A stretch of DNA of 63,956 nucleotides, the filler included, from Conidiobolus incongruus B7586 (Eukaryota): the NCBI GenBank assembly GCA_000697335.1. It is 15 parts of 15 records of this genome, joined end to end, with 100 filler letters (N's around TTAATTAATTAA, not from the genome) between each part and the next. Parts side by side here need not be neighbours in the genome. Positions count along the whole stretch, not along the records: positions 39,519 to 40,611 come from JNEM01006817.1; positions 40,712 to 42,890 come from JNEM01006819.1; positions 42,991 to 56,549 come from JNEM01006820.1; 12 more parts are not named here. One strand, 5' to 3'. Positions within the stretch are counted from its first letter, which is position 1. Each line of letters begins with the position of its first letter. Below are positions 39,519 to 52,498 of this stretch, piece after piece. A program made the position numbers and the translations under genes. The notes under the pieces are model-generated. The model was not told the DNA's origin, did not search any database, and saw only the letters and a list, made by a program, of their open reading frames with translations.

Positions 39519-40611
39519 GGAAATTTTTTAAATTCTGATTGTTTAAATTTATTATTAATTTGAAATAAATAAATATTTAAAAAGTTTATAGGAAATTATA
39601 TACTTTTAATATATATATATTAATTTTTTTGATTAAAAAATTAACCTTTTAAAATTGGTTATTTAATTTAATCATATTTAAATCAAATAATGATCATTAA
39701 AAATATTAGATTTTTCTATATATATAATCAGGATTTATCATTATTATGATAAAAAAAGATAAGTTTATTATTTATTCTATATTTAATTCAAACCAAGGTA
39801 TTTTCCTTCTTCTCCCTTTATCAATAAAGGTGTATTTTAATAATAATAGATAATTTAATAATTGTAAAATAAGTTGAGATTATTTAATTTAATAATAATA
39901 ATATAAATGGTTGGTAATATTACCAACAAAAAGTCTTTTATTTTAGTATTAGTAAAACTTAACTATAAGCCCTCTAAAATTATTTAAAATTTATAAATAC
40001 CTTTTGATAATAAAGTATTATTTAAATTAAAAATTTATTACTAGGTAAATTACTTTATAGTTAAAAAAGAAACTATCTAAAACTTATTTAAATTTAAAAA
40101 ACTAACTTTAGTTATTACTTTTCAAATTATTAATAGTGTAAAAAAATATATTAAAAAGAATCTTTTTATTTTATTTAAAGATTTATCTAAGTACTTTAAT
40201 ATTAGTTTTATAAGTATTTTATATATTTAATAGTTTAAACTCAAATTAATAAATAAAAATATAAAATGGGTATCTTATAATTTAACTAAAGCTTAAAAAA
40301 GTTAGAGTGGTTATTGTTAAATAAAACCTATTAAAACATTATTAGAAACTTAAATTTAAAATAAATAATTATTATTGATGAATCTTAAATTTTTTTAAAT
40401 AATCTTTTATTAAAACAAAAATCAAAATATTAAATTAAATTAAATTAAATTAACCTTGTTTATAAATCTCTTTTAAATAAATATTTTATTGATAAGTAAT
40501 TATTAAATGTTATAATAAATTATAATAATGTATGTTATTTTTATTTAATTCTTGAAGGAAAATCAATTAAATATTAACCTTAAATTATTGTTTTAAATAA
40601 AAGTATTTTTA
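39519..40611 (+). mobile_element. Mariner copy carrying a solo-LTR insertion
   Basis: Collinear with 25240-26085 except for the insert at 39704-39928. Confidence 0.8.
39704..39928. mobile_element. Solo LTR (225 bp) inserted in a mariner
   Basis: Termini T(G>A)TTAG...CCAACA; 5-bp TSD AAAA(G>A)/AAAAG; removing the insert restores the mariner CAAAAGTC site. Confidence 0.7.
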
Positions 40612-40711
40612 NNNNNNNNNNNNNNNNNNNNNNNNNNNNNNNNNNNNNNNNNNNNTTAATTAATTAANNNNNNNNNNNNNNNNNNNNNNNNNNNNNNNNN
40701 NNNNNNNNNNN

Positions 40712-42142
40712 GATATATTTAGTAAACTATTAGCAAAAATATTAACCTTTAATATTTAACTAAGGTAAGTTATAAATTTGCAAGTTTTTGAGATAAAAGG
40801 ATATATTTAATAATATATAACTATATTTTTTTTCTCTCTTTGTTATTATTTTATATAATATTTTATAAATATACTAAATTTTTTTATTAGTATTATTATA
40901 CCTAAATCCCTCTCTAAAAAAATCTACTTGTATATTAATTAACTTTATAAAAAAAGTAAATTAACTTGTAATATTGTTAGAATTACTAATGTTAGCTAGT
41001 TTACTATAGTTAAAGCTATTAAGAATAATAATAAAGAAATATTTAAACTTAAATTTAAGTGTGTTAAAATTATAAATAAACATAATAAGAAGTATATCTG
41101 TAGGTTAATTAATATAGGTAAGTATAGTACTATTGTAAAAATATAACAGGAACTGTAAAACTATATAGAAATATTAGTTAACACTAATATTATTATATGT
41201 GCTTTATATTAATATAGATACTACTTACACTTTAAGAAAAAACACCCCCAATTAAAAAAATCCCACTGTAAAATTAAACAAAAGTTTAAATATAACTACT
41301 AATGTTAAACTAAAACTAATTAGAGTAAGGTTATTTAATCTAATAAAACAAAAATATACTTTAGTAAATTTAATAAAAAAGTTAGATACTTTAAAAAAGA
41401 TATAAAATTACTTTATAACTATTATGTTAATTTTACTTAAAAGTATAATAATAGGTTAATTATTATTTAAGGATATATATTGTCTTTAGGTATAAAGTAT
41501 CTTTATAAAGTTAACAAGGGAATTAATACTGAAATATACTAAAGTATTCTAAATAATAATTTGAAAAAACTATTAAATAGTATAAGTTAAATAAATCTAA
41601 TGTTATTTTTTAGTAAGATAATACCTCTTGTTATACTATAGCTTTTACTACCAAATAGCTTAAAAATAATAAAATAATAGTTATAAAGTAGCTTTTTTAA
41701 TTTTTTAACTTTAATCTAATTAAACACCTTTAGGATTAGTTAAAAAAAGTTATTAAAGTTTTTCCCTAGTAAAAAATTTAAATCAACTTTAAAAATATGT
41801 TTAAGAAGTATAGAATAAGATTAACTTTTCTTAGTGTAAAAAGTTAGTTGATTCTATACTCCACAAACTTAAAGAAGTTAGAAAAGTTAAAAGTAGATAT
41901 ACTAAGTTTTAATTTTTTTTTATCACCAAAAACCTACAAATTTATAACTCACCTTAGGTAAAATTTAAAGGTTTATATTTTAACCAATTAATAGTTAAAT
42001 ATCATCATTTTATAATATATATAACTAATAAAAATAATAGATTTTAATTATTTAATTTAGGTTTATTTTATTAAATATTAATCAAGTTATTAGTAAAAAT
42101 ATAAGTGTTTTTGATTTTATAACTCACTTTTGCAAGTTAGTA
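40712..42142 (+). mobile_element. Tc1-like subfamily A copy (5' end in gap)
   Basis: Collinear with subfamily A; right TIR ttttataactcacttttgcaagttagta-TA. Confidence 0.9.
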
Positions 42143-42219
42143 TATAAAATATATTTTAATTTAATAATAATTTTAATAATATAATTTTATTATTTTATAA
42201 TTTTATATAAAATAGTTAA

Positions 42220-42443
42220 TATTAGATTTTCAGCATGATCAAGGTTTATAATTTTTAAAACAATAAGGTGAAGATAAATCTATATTTTTATTTTATGCTT
42301 AATTTGATAATAATCTACTTTTATGTTAAATTTCCTCAATAAAGGTGTCATTAAGTTATAGCAAATAACTTAGTAATTATAGGACAAATTAAAATTATTT
42401 GATTAGATAATAATAGTATAAGTGATTGGCAATACTGCCAATA
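42220..42443. mobile_element. Solo LTR (224 bp), same family as 39704-39928
   Basis: Same boundaries, shared tcaataaaggtgt core and terminal ttggcaatactgccaa; 5-bp TSD GTTA(G>A)/GTTAG. Confidence 0.7.
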
Positions 42444-44629
42444 GTTAGTATATTATAAAATTTCTAACTCTATCTTAAATATTAAATAATTGCTGAAAAT
42501 AACAAAATAACCAAGGATTATGAAATAATAAAAATAAAATAATAATTATAAAATAAAAATAAAAGCTTTAATATATTTTATAAGGAATTTAAACATCTAT
42601 TGATATTAATTCATTTAAAATATATATTTTATCAAAATATTAAAAATATATATTTAAAAGGGAAAGAAAGATAATATATATTAAACTTATAAATTTTTAT
42701 TAAGATAAATTATTCAATAATATATAATTATTTAGAAAAATATAATTGATAATAAAATAAATATAATAAAGCTAAATATGGAATAAAATAGCTTCTGGAT
42801 AAAATAATTAATATAGTTATTAGTTTTTACCTCGTTAAATATAATTAATTCAATTTATTGAAAAAAATAGTAATAAAGATATAAATAAAANNNNNNNNNN
42901 NNNNNNNNNNNNNNNNNNNNNNNNNNNNNNNNNNTTAATTAATTAANNNNNNNNNNNNNNNNNNNNNNNNNNNNNNNNNNNNNNNNNNNNAATTTTATTA
43001 TTCTTTATATATTTTTAAATAAAAGCTTTATTACTTTAATCATTTCAAATTATAATTATATTTTTAATATTTAGATTATAAATATATTAATAAAATTTAA
43101 AAAATTTAAAATTATTATAAAATAATTAAAATTTAAAAATTCAAAATTTACTGAATTCTGGGTAAATATAATATATAAGGAAGTTTATTAATTTAAATCA
43201 AATAATTTAGGAGAACCTAAATCATATTCATTATCTTAAATATAACTTTAATACTAGGTTTTATATATAGTAGATAATATAAGGTGATTTATAAAGTTTT
43301 CTGATAATTTGCATCATTAATTAATTAAAGGATAAAACTGAAATAATTAATTATATAAGGAGGAAATAACCCTTATATTAAGTTAAGATAAGCATTATAA
43401 GTAGCAGAGCAGACTCTTGACTTTTGACAATGTTATAATAATATTTTGCTAATAAGAAATAGGAGAAATAAAGTAATTAATAAAAAATCAAGATAAAAAT
43501 AATTGGAATAAGTCATCTTTAAGATTAATAAAGATATATCGTTTAATATATCTGTAATTATTGAGTATATCATTTATAATATATTTGCTTTGATATTAAG
43601 TTTAAAATTAAAAGAATACTAAAATTTAAACCATTTTTTCAAATTTAAAATATTATATTTAGAATCATAATTCATATTTTGAATATTCATACAATATCCT
43701 TAATTTTCAAAAGTTGAAATTAACCAAATAATTCATTATTCAATTTAATTTTGAGATATAAAAAAACAATGATCGATAATAATAATAGTAATAATATACC
43801 TTGATGATATTGTTTTATATTAAATTTTAAATTTCAGAGTTGATATTTGAAACAAACTCAAAACTATAGTTATTATAATGATATTATGCCAAAACATAAA
43901 TAAAATCCATTTTTCATAAATTTTAATTGCAATGGCACAAATATCTTAAACAAAATATTGATTCTGAATCATGTACAAATCAATATTTGAAAATTAATAT
44001 ATAAGTAAATATTACAATATATTTAGTAGATGGTAAAATTATGGTAAAATTCAACCAAGATAGTTTATTCTGAGGCCTTAAAATGATATATTAATCCCCA
44101 AATAATCTAAGTGATACTCATTAATTTTGATCCGAATAATCAAAATGAAAGTTCCTAAATTTAGCATAGATAAGCACAATAATTGAATTGAAATTAATTC
44201 ATCTTTAAATTAATGAAATAACCAATAGCTTTTTGACATTAAAATAATGATATTAATATATCTGAAAATATGACTTTGGTACAAGGTTATTCATTTTAAA
44301 AATATTCCAGAGTTTATAAATTAATTAAAATATTGTTGTTTAAAATTTAGTAGATATAGTTTTTCCCATTATAACTCAATTAATTTAATATTATTAAACA
44401 AGTAAAATTCATTATTATCACTCTTTATTTATAATCGTTATCTGAAATCATTTTAACCACATTTTATAATCTATTAAAATATTATATTATTCAGATTTAA
44501 TCATATTCAATTCAATCAGTTCTTTACTCTGATTCATTTTTATAAGTTTGTAAATAAGGTAAAGATTTTCATTTCATTTAATATTCATTCATCAGGACCT
44601 TATATTCATTAAAATTGCTAGATTAAACT

Positions 44630-47124
44630 ATGGCAGAAGTAGTTCCCAATCAGTCACCAGATCCTCACAGAAATGGTAGGAATAACTCGACCCAAAGTGT
44701 AGACGAAGCTTTAATTGATTTAATTTCCGAAACTTTGGAGACACCTACGGAGATAGCGAATAAAAATTATTATACCAAGGAGGAGAAGACACAAAAACTG
44801 ACCAAATTCTTGCAGAGAGCTTGTAGTAATAACGACTTAGAGGAAGCTGAAAAGTTAATCAAAGAAGTAAGGGAGTATTTGGACTTGGATAAACCTGATT
44901 CGGACGGTACTCCCCCTCTAGTTTATGCTGCTTGCTTTGGTTATTTCGATATTGTTAAGACTTTGTTGGAGAATGGTGCTAGTGTTAATGTTCAAGATAA
45001 AAGTAAGCTTATTTATATTGAATTACTCAAAATTATTCACTGTGTTAATTCTCTATAGTTGGATGGCCAGCACTAATGTGGGCAACTAATAATAACCACG
45101 AGGATATTGTCAAAATATTATTAGAAAATGGCGCTTCTCCAGCTACTAAAACTGCTAAAGGAAGAACTGTCGTAGATATTATTAACCATGGTATCACTGC
45201 TGACAGCAACCAGAAAAGTGTCAAGTTAACCGAAATTTTATCTTATAACTTTCAAAGGAAGCATCAATCCCGACAATCTGTAGCGAGTTGTTTTAGTTTA
45301 AATGCTCTAGACGATTCTCGTGATTCCGATACTTTATCAATAAGTAGTATCGCTTATACTGATCCAGATGGAATTCAAGATGAATTTGCTAAATATGACG
45401 CTGATAAAGTTGCTCAGATTGAGACTTTGGGAAATAACTTGGAAGATATGATAAACTGTCAAAATGATGGGTATAAGGATGAAGCTTTGAACGACTTTAT
45501 GAACTCTGAATTTATTTGGGATCAATGTATGCCAGATCAAATGTACGTTTTTAATGAAGATCAAGTTCCCCATATTCTATCAACTGTTGTCACAAACATC
45601 AAGCCAATGTATACCAGAGAACAGAAACTAGCGCCCGCAAATGTCATATTTTTATGTGCTCGATTTGCCCATTACTACAGCACACCAGATTTATTGGATA
45701 GCTTATTGAATGGATTTATTAAGGAATTGACTACTAGATTAAGGAAAAATTCAGATGATCCCATGTTGATTACTTTCTGGATGGCCAATACCACTCAATT
45801 ATTATATTATATTAAGAAAGACACCAGTCTTGTCGCTGGTACAGTCGATCATCAATTATCTCTTTCTGAACTGGTTCACGAAATTTACCAGCTTTTCGTG
45901 AAAGAAGCTCAAAATAAGCTCCACCTTGAACTTAATCAGGCCATTCTTAACTGTGAGACTATTCCAGGTTTAACAGATGAATCCAAGTTTGGCCTAAAGA
46001 AAAAATCATTTTTGTTTGGACTTGGAGGTGGCGATGATGATGATTTTGAGGATCAACCTAGTGACTCAGGTAGCTCATCATTATCATTAAGAAGAACTTT
46101 AAGTTTGAGAAGAAAACCAAAGACTCCTCACGCTGGCATCAATGGGAAAACCAAACCTTCACCTGCTACTATTACCAATATTTTGGGAAATGCGCTATTT
46201 GTTTTACAAACTTATGAAGTCCATCCTATGCTTGTCCATCACATTTTGAATCAATTGATTTATTTCATTTCCTGCCATCTCTTTAATCAAATTTTGAAAC
46301 ATAAGAAATACTGTTGTCGCAGCAGAGCAATGCAAATTCGTATGAATATCACCAATATTGAAGATTGGATTCGCAATCATGGATCTAGTCCCTTGGTTCA
46401 CCATTTGAATCATCATTTCAAACCTTTGATTCAATTGTTGCAGTTCCTTCAGATCTTTTCATCTCATACCTCTTCACAAGAATTCATTGATACTCTTAAA
46501 TCACTTGAGGAATTAAATCCACTCCAAATTCGAAGAGTTAGTGAGAACTATCGTTATGAAACAGATGAGTCTAGAATTCCTGACGAAATTGTTGACTATA
46601 TTAAAGTGACATCTGACCAAGTTTTATGCCAACAATTGGAATCCAAAGCTGCCACTAGGGATGGAAGACAGTCTATGATTCTACAAGATGTTGACACAAC
46701 ACCAACTCCAAAAATAGCACCTCGAATCTTGGTTACTCAGAATTCAAATACCCTATCATCAGAGCCTTCTGAAATGGATTCAAGCATTAATTCTCCATAC
46801 GCACCCACTTCTTCAGAACAATCTCCTACTCTCTCTCATAGGGATACTGATAGTGTTGATCTGGATCTTCAAATGGCCGAAGGAATAGATAATATAACTA
46901 TCCAATCTGCAACACCGACTAGATCCCCAGTTCTCGAGCCCAGTCAGCCCATTCCATACCCCATCCAAAACGAACTCAAAGACCCTAACCACCTCTTACC
47001 CTTCTCCATCCCTACTCAATCAGAAATGGCATCTTTCAACCCCAACAAGCCAGGGAACGTCCCAGCAATTCCCGAAGATATTATCGGATTACTCGATAAC
47101 AAAAAACCTATTAATGGTAAATAA
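44630..47124 (+). CDS. Ankyrin repeat and DIL (dilute) domain protein; join(44630..45002,45059..47124), 812 aa
   Basis: 56-nt intron GTAAG...TAG joins ankyrin repeats (GTPPLVYAACFG / GWPALMWATNNNH). Also F.WDQC.PDQM.VF, PANVIFLCARFAHY and the DIL motif CRSRAMQIRMNI..IEDW. Confidence 0.9.
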
Positions 47125-47719
47125 CAACAATAAGTACTTAAATATCAAAATTTATTATGTTATATAAAACTTAAAATATATTTATACAATTGTAGCAATT
47201 ATTATATTTAATTCAGATTTTAAATTTATTAAATGAAATTTAATAGTTTCAAATGAAAAATTTAATATTACCAAATTAGATATATAATTGGTATCAAGTG
47301 TATAAAAGAATCATAAAAGTTTAAAACTTTTTAGCAATTTATATTATTAAATAATTAATCAATAAAACTATACTATCAGATATATTTCTTTTAAAAATAA
47401 AATTAAATGCATTATTCCACCAATTTATAAATTTCATTTATTTTAAACCACTTAACACTTTTAAGCTTATCTTACATCAATAAGTGTTGTATAATAATTT
47501 AAAAAAGATTTTTAACACTTATTTTTTATCATTATGTTAATTTTTTTGGAATTTAAAGTTGGAAATTTAAATCTATTATTTATGAAACAGATTAAAATAT
47601 TAACTCAAATACCTCTAAAATAAAAAATACACTTAATTTGTCATATTCGCTAGATTATAAAAACTCAGTTATCAGAATCAAAAACAAACTATGGTGAAAT
47701 AATTTATAGTAGTAACTTG

Positions 47720-47994
47720 GAATACTTTCTCCCTTCTCAATCCAAATGTTAACTTTTTTAGGTGGTTTAACTTTAGTAACCTTAGGTTTGTGTTTTATCT
47801 CATAATTTGCAAATTCGAAAGGAAATTTGGTAAGGTAAAAACAGTATAATGCGGTTTTGTAAGTCGAATTGTAGTTATCATTACATTTACTATCGGTGCA
47901 ATTTTGGCTAGTGAATCACTCCTAATCGCATTAAGGACACGATTAGAGCTTTTGTTAACTAGAGTGAATTAAGAGCACGAGATGTTACTCGCAT
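47720..47994 (-). pseudogene. Transposase-HTH-derived paralog 1 (degenerate)
   Basis: MRVTSRALNSL*LTKALIVSLMRLG / DSLAKIAPIVNV..TTI / KFPFEFANYEIKHKPK aligns with the N-terminus of 52499..53551 and with paralog 2. Confidence 0.5.
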
Positions 47995-48482
47995 TTTGGT
48001 TGCAAAAAAAATTCAATTTGATAGGATGCTGTTATAATATAAAATGATTATATATTATTGTTTGGGATACAATTTATTTCATGATCATTCCATTCATTTT
48101 TAAAAACCTTATTTTTGGTTTATCATACAAGAGAAATAACTATTTTATTTCCAAAAAGCTAAAATTGTGAAATAACTCAATATTTCATTTAATGACTATA
48201 AGTTTCAAATGTGGATTTTTTTATATTAAACAAGATATAATTAAGAAATATTTAACAAGGTATGAATCAATGTGAAATTAATCAAGTATTTGAATGACAT
48301 ATTTCATCGCTATTTATAAATTGTTTTTTTCTTACTTTCTTCTTATAAACTTTGGAAATGGATATTTAATTTTACTAAAAATATCTAATGTTCTAAATTA
48401 TAAAAATGTATATGTTTATTTGTAACTTTATTATATGTGTTGAAAAATATACCTCAGTCACTTAAATAGCACAAAATACACT

Positions 48483-48752
48483 CTAATCTTTCTGAACCCA
48501 CATTCCAACTCTATTTGATTTTACCACCACTTCCTTAGGTTTATATTCAATATGCTCTTCACTTAAATCTATTGGAAATTTTGTGGGATCAAAATCTCGA
48601 TCGAATGCCAATTTTGTAAATTTGATTAGTTGTAGCTTTATTGATTCCTATTGTCACTTCAATTTGAGCTACAGATTTGTCCCCTAAACTCTTTAGTAGT
48701 ACAATTAATGCTTTGGTTAGTTATAGTGTGTTTCGGCTGCAGCCTTCCCCAA
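48483..48752 (-). pseudogene. Transposase-HTH-derived paralog 2 (frameshifted)
   Basis: TKALIVLLKSLGDKSVAQIEVTIGINKATTNQIYK/AFDRDFDPTKFPIDLSEEHIE versus intact TRALVVTLKGLENMTSAKISEMTGLNCRTVDRIYKKALERGFDPKTYPVSLREEHLE. Confidence 0.8.
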
Positions 48753-49679
48753 TTTTTTAATATTGAGATCCAAGGCTTAGAGGTAAAAAAGTTCATTTAT
48801 TAACGTTTGAAAAGGAAATATATATTGAGACAGTTTTTTCAAAACTAATTATTGGATGTGTTATTTATGATTCACATCATTAAATTTGAATGCTTTTTAT
48901 CCTTGATCAAAATAATATTATGAAAGTATCAATCATTAAAAAATAATGAATCAAAGGAAAATTATTTATCATATCAACTTTATACAGAAATAGAATTTCT
49001 ATATTATTTACTCGTATTCTAATGGGATGTATATTATTGTATTTTAAATATTGTGAAATTTAATTTGAATCTTTTCTGAAAATTAAATTAATATAAAATT
49101 ACTTTAGTTTCGAAAAATGAGACGTATAAATACAGAATCTTTGGTGACATAGTATTGTAAAAGGTAAATAATTTCAAATTATTAAATATTCAAGACTTTG
49201 AAATTAATTATAATTGTGAATGATTGTCTTGGAAATTTGCTAATTTGCTCATTAATATTGTCATATAAATTATGATTAATTTGCTTTATGGCATATGCAA
49301 TATAAAATTTATTCATTGTCATTATAAAATTCATCTTTTTTGACTCAGGTTATAATCGTTACTAATATCCAGCTATGAAAATATAATTGATATTGTGTTT
49401 AACTAAGCTTTATGTACCCTACTAACACACTTGAACTATTTTCATGCTATCACTAGTGTTATATATACACTTTGCGAATGTATTCCATTGAACGCATTAT
49501 TTCAATATAATTTTTAAGGGAAATATATTTCATGAATACTAAAAATAAATGTATAGTAAAACCCTAAGAAAATATTAATTAATACAGAAAAGAAGCAATT
49601 CTTTGTTCCTTTATTAGATATACCTTCCTAGATAATAAAGTGTCATTGTGACCCAGAACTAGATCCAACTATATCTTAC

Positions 49680-49961
49680 AATTTTTCGTATGGTCGCATT
49701 GATATTTTCTTCATAGGTTTGGACTTATTCTCTAGTGATCCAAATTTAAATTCAGAGGCAATTTCATAGGATTAAAACCACATTTCACAGCTTATCAATA
49801 AATATGATTAATAGCTTGCTTATTTTGATCTGTCATCTGCTCAATTTCGCCTGTACTCCTGTCTGTGCATCTGTTGACTATTACGGTCAGAGTTGTTTTG
49901 AATTTATCATTGCAACTGGTATTTTGAGTTTTTTGATGTTTTTTGAATGTGAAATAGTCAT
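49680..49961 (-). pseudogene. Transposase-HTH-derived paralog 3 (frameshifts, stops)
   Basis: ATG 49961; DKFKTTLTVIVNRCTDRSTGEIEQMTDQNKQAINHIY**AVKCGFNPMKLPLNLNLDH aligns with the same region. Confidence 0.65.
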
Positions 49962-50902
49962 AATAATAATAATGTGTTGATCGAATTGATTTATGCTCAA
50001 TATATCATTTAATCAATATGACAGCAATTTTTTGACCCCACTCATAAATTCATCAATTATTAATTTCATTATGCTCAGAAATTAATTTCATTAACTCAAT
50101 TTTAATTTTTATTAATTTAAAAATTTATCAAGTATTTTTATTACTAGCATTAAATCAAAACATTGTACTTGATAATATATGATTTATATTCAACAAAAAA
50201 AATACAATATTATAATTTTTTTAGGGTTGGATTTTGAAATTAAGGGTGGATCTAAATTGGATAGTTAAGGTAATAGTATTTGACAGATTATAACATTCAC
50301 TGAATCAACTATTTAATTAATTTTCAAACATCTTTGTTGAAAATATTAATTTAAAGCATATCAAAGGCTTAAATAATTTTAATCTTGTGAAAAATTTAGT
50401 TTGATTAAATAATAAATTTATTATATGTCAGAGATTTAAATTGTGTATTAATTGGAAAGATTTTCCTAATAAATCATAATAATGTTATTATTTAAAAGAA
50501 CTAATGCATTTATGTTCAACTTTATCATATTAAATATTTTTCATGGTGCTCTTTGCAATTTCTTCATTACCCATTCTAATCCCATTCAATATCCACCTAT
50601 TAAAATAAAAAGTAGTTTATGTAAGTTCATTGGACTTGGTAGAACATTGCATTCACAATCAGACCATATTTGATAAATCTTTTTACAAATATATTCTGTT
50701 CCCACTATGTTCTAATTTATAATATGTTTTTGAATAATATGGATAGTTCTATTTTGAATAGTCATAAATTAAAGGGACAATATTGCATTCATTTGGGTTG
50801 ACGTTAATAAGTAAATGAATTGTTTTTGTAATATATTTACCAAATATAACTGTAAAAATATAAACCTTAACCCAAAGTAGTAGTTATTCATACATTTTTA
50901 AG

Positions 50903-51658
50903 TTATTGCTGTGTTATACAAATCCATACAGGCTTTCCCGTATTGCTTTTCTTTGCTGACTCATGTTCCCTGCTTGGGTCAGCTTTATTCGCTGACTCGG
51001 ATTGATTGACCAACTCTGGGTTATTTGTCGATTCAAGTTCCTGCTTTGATTCGGCATCGCCAGCTGACTCTGGTAATTTAAAACGGGTAAAGGACTCTTT
51101 TCTGGTTTTGCTTCATTCGTTAGCTCATGTTCTTTAGAAGATTGAAGTACGTTTGTTACTTCAGGTTCTTTTAAAGGATCAGGTATATTGACTGACTCGA
51201 ATTGATTAGAAGGTTCTTACTCGTTGGTTGACTCAGATTCTTTATTGGGCTTTACCTTCTGAAAACCAGAGTTTTTGAGGATTCTCCATACAGTAGTTTT
51301 ACCCACTTTGACACCTTCAAGGTTAAGTTCTTTAGAAATAGCTTTGTAGTTTAGTCCACTTCCATGCTTAATATCGGAGACTTTGTTGATTACAGCTTGA
51401 TGAACATAATCTGTCTGTACTGTCAGTTAACTTGAATGGGACTTATCTTGGAGATGTTTCATATGTAAAGAAATGGGGTAAGCTTTCGGATCGAAACCTC
51501 GTTCAAGTGCTTTTTTTGTAGATACGGTTAACAGTGATACAGGTAATACCAGTTATCTTAGTAATTTATGTGGTATATTTGTGTCTACTGCTCTTAATAG
51601 CGAAAATCATAGATCTTGTTGGATCATCAGCATTACTGTTATTCACCGCTTTAGAAAT
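50903..51658 (-). pseudogene. Transposase-HTH-derived paralog 4, full architecture with C-terminal repeats
   Basis: TVNRIYKK/ALERGFDPKAYPISL...KELNLEGVKVGKTTVWRILKNSGFQKVKP followed by KEPE/ESTN repeats. Start codon lost (ATT), one frameshift, three internal stops. Confidence 0.9.
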
Positions 51659-52498
51659 TTTTAATTAGAAATTGATGTGAAAAAACATATTTATTTCTCA
51701 TATTTCTTTTTTTACTTTTTAAACATTAGATTTTCAAATTTTAGCGAATTTCAAAAATTGAGCGATTGATCTGAATGGTAAATAATGTTTATTGGCTTAA
51801 TCCAATGATAAACCAATCATTATCCTGATTTTTCATTAAAGCTAAAAATCAATTCTATAAATTAAATCAAGGATAAATCTATCCAGAAAGTTTAGCTCAG
51901 ATTTAATGCACAAAATTCATACCAATATAAACTGAAACAAAAATTATTCATTTTCATTGCTTAAATCTTTGAAAATTCACTAATTTACAGGATATTCTGA
52001 TTTTTGATGATGATGTGAATCTAATCAAATATCCTGATAAGGACTATTTCCAAATTCATATTTCTAAATCTAGAAATATATTAAATATTAATTCTATACA
52101 ATATAGTTTTAAATAGCCATCTATGCTTATTAAATGACTTATTTATATTAGTTCATAGTGATATTTGTTATATAATAAAGATGTAATTGATCATAATTGA
52201 ATTAGATTCTTATCGGTATTTGGCTTAACAATTGATTAGAAATGAATGAATAATTTTATTTGCAAAATTAAATTAAAATTCAAACCTTTGAATTCAATTT
52301 TAGATAATTATGTACTGGAATATTATTGATAGAAATTACACTAGGTATGAATTCCATAATTTGATTCAAAAACCAGTCCTAATGGCTTCATTAATCTTTT
52401 TCAACATTATACATCTAATCACTAAAAATCCAAAATAACAATTTCAGCCATATTCCAAACGAAATTGCCAAAGATTGATTAAAGCAAAATCATATGTA

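Noticed and set aside
42426..42449. Hairpin followed by TTAG, suggesting a Helitron 3' end
   Set aside because: Better explained as an LTR terminus plus 5-bp TSD; the second copy lacks CTRR.
43395..43420. AGTAGCAGAGC resembling a mutated tRNA-iMet PBS
   Set aside because: The TGG is not restorable by transitions alone, and no clear LTR or gag could be defined.
3067..46434. Short overlapping ORFs (3067, 7556, 13246, 16108, 18971, 19283, 28355, 32685, 34711, 45337, 46204)
   Set aside because: Alternative-frame or antisense shadows of supported genes or transposases.
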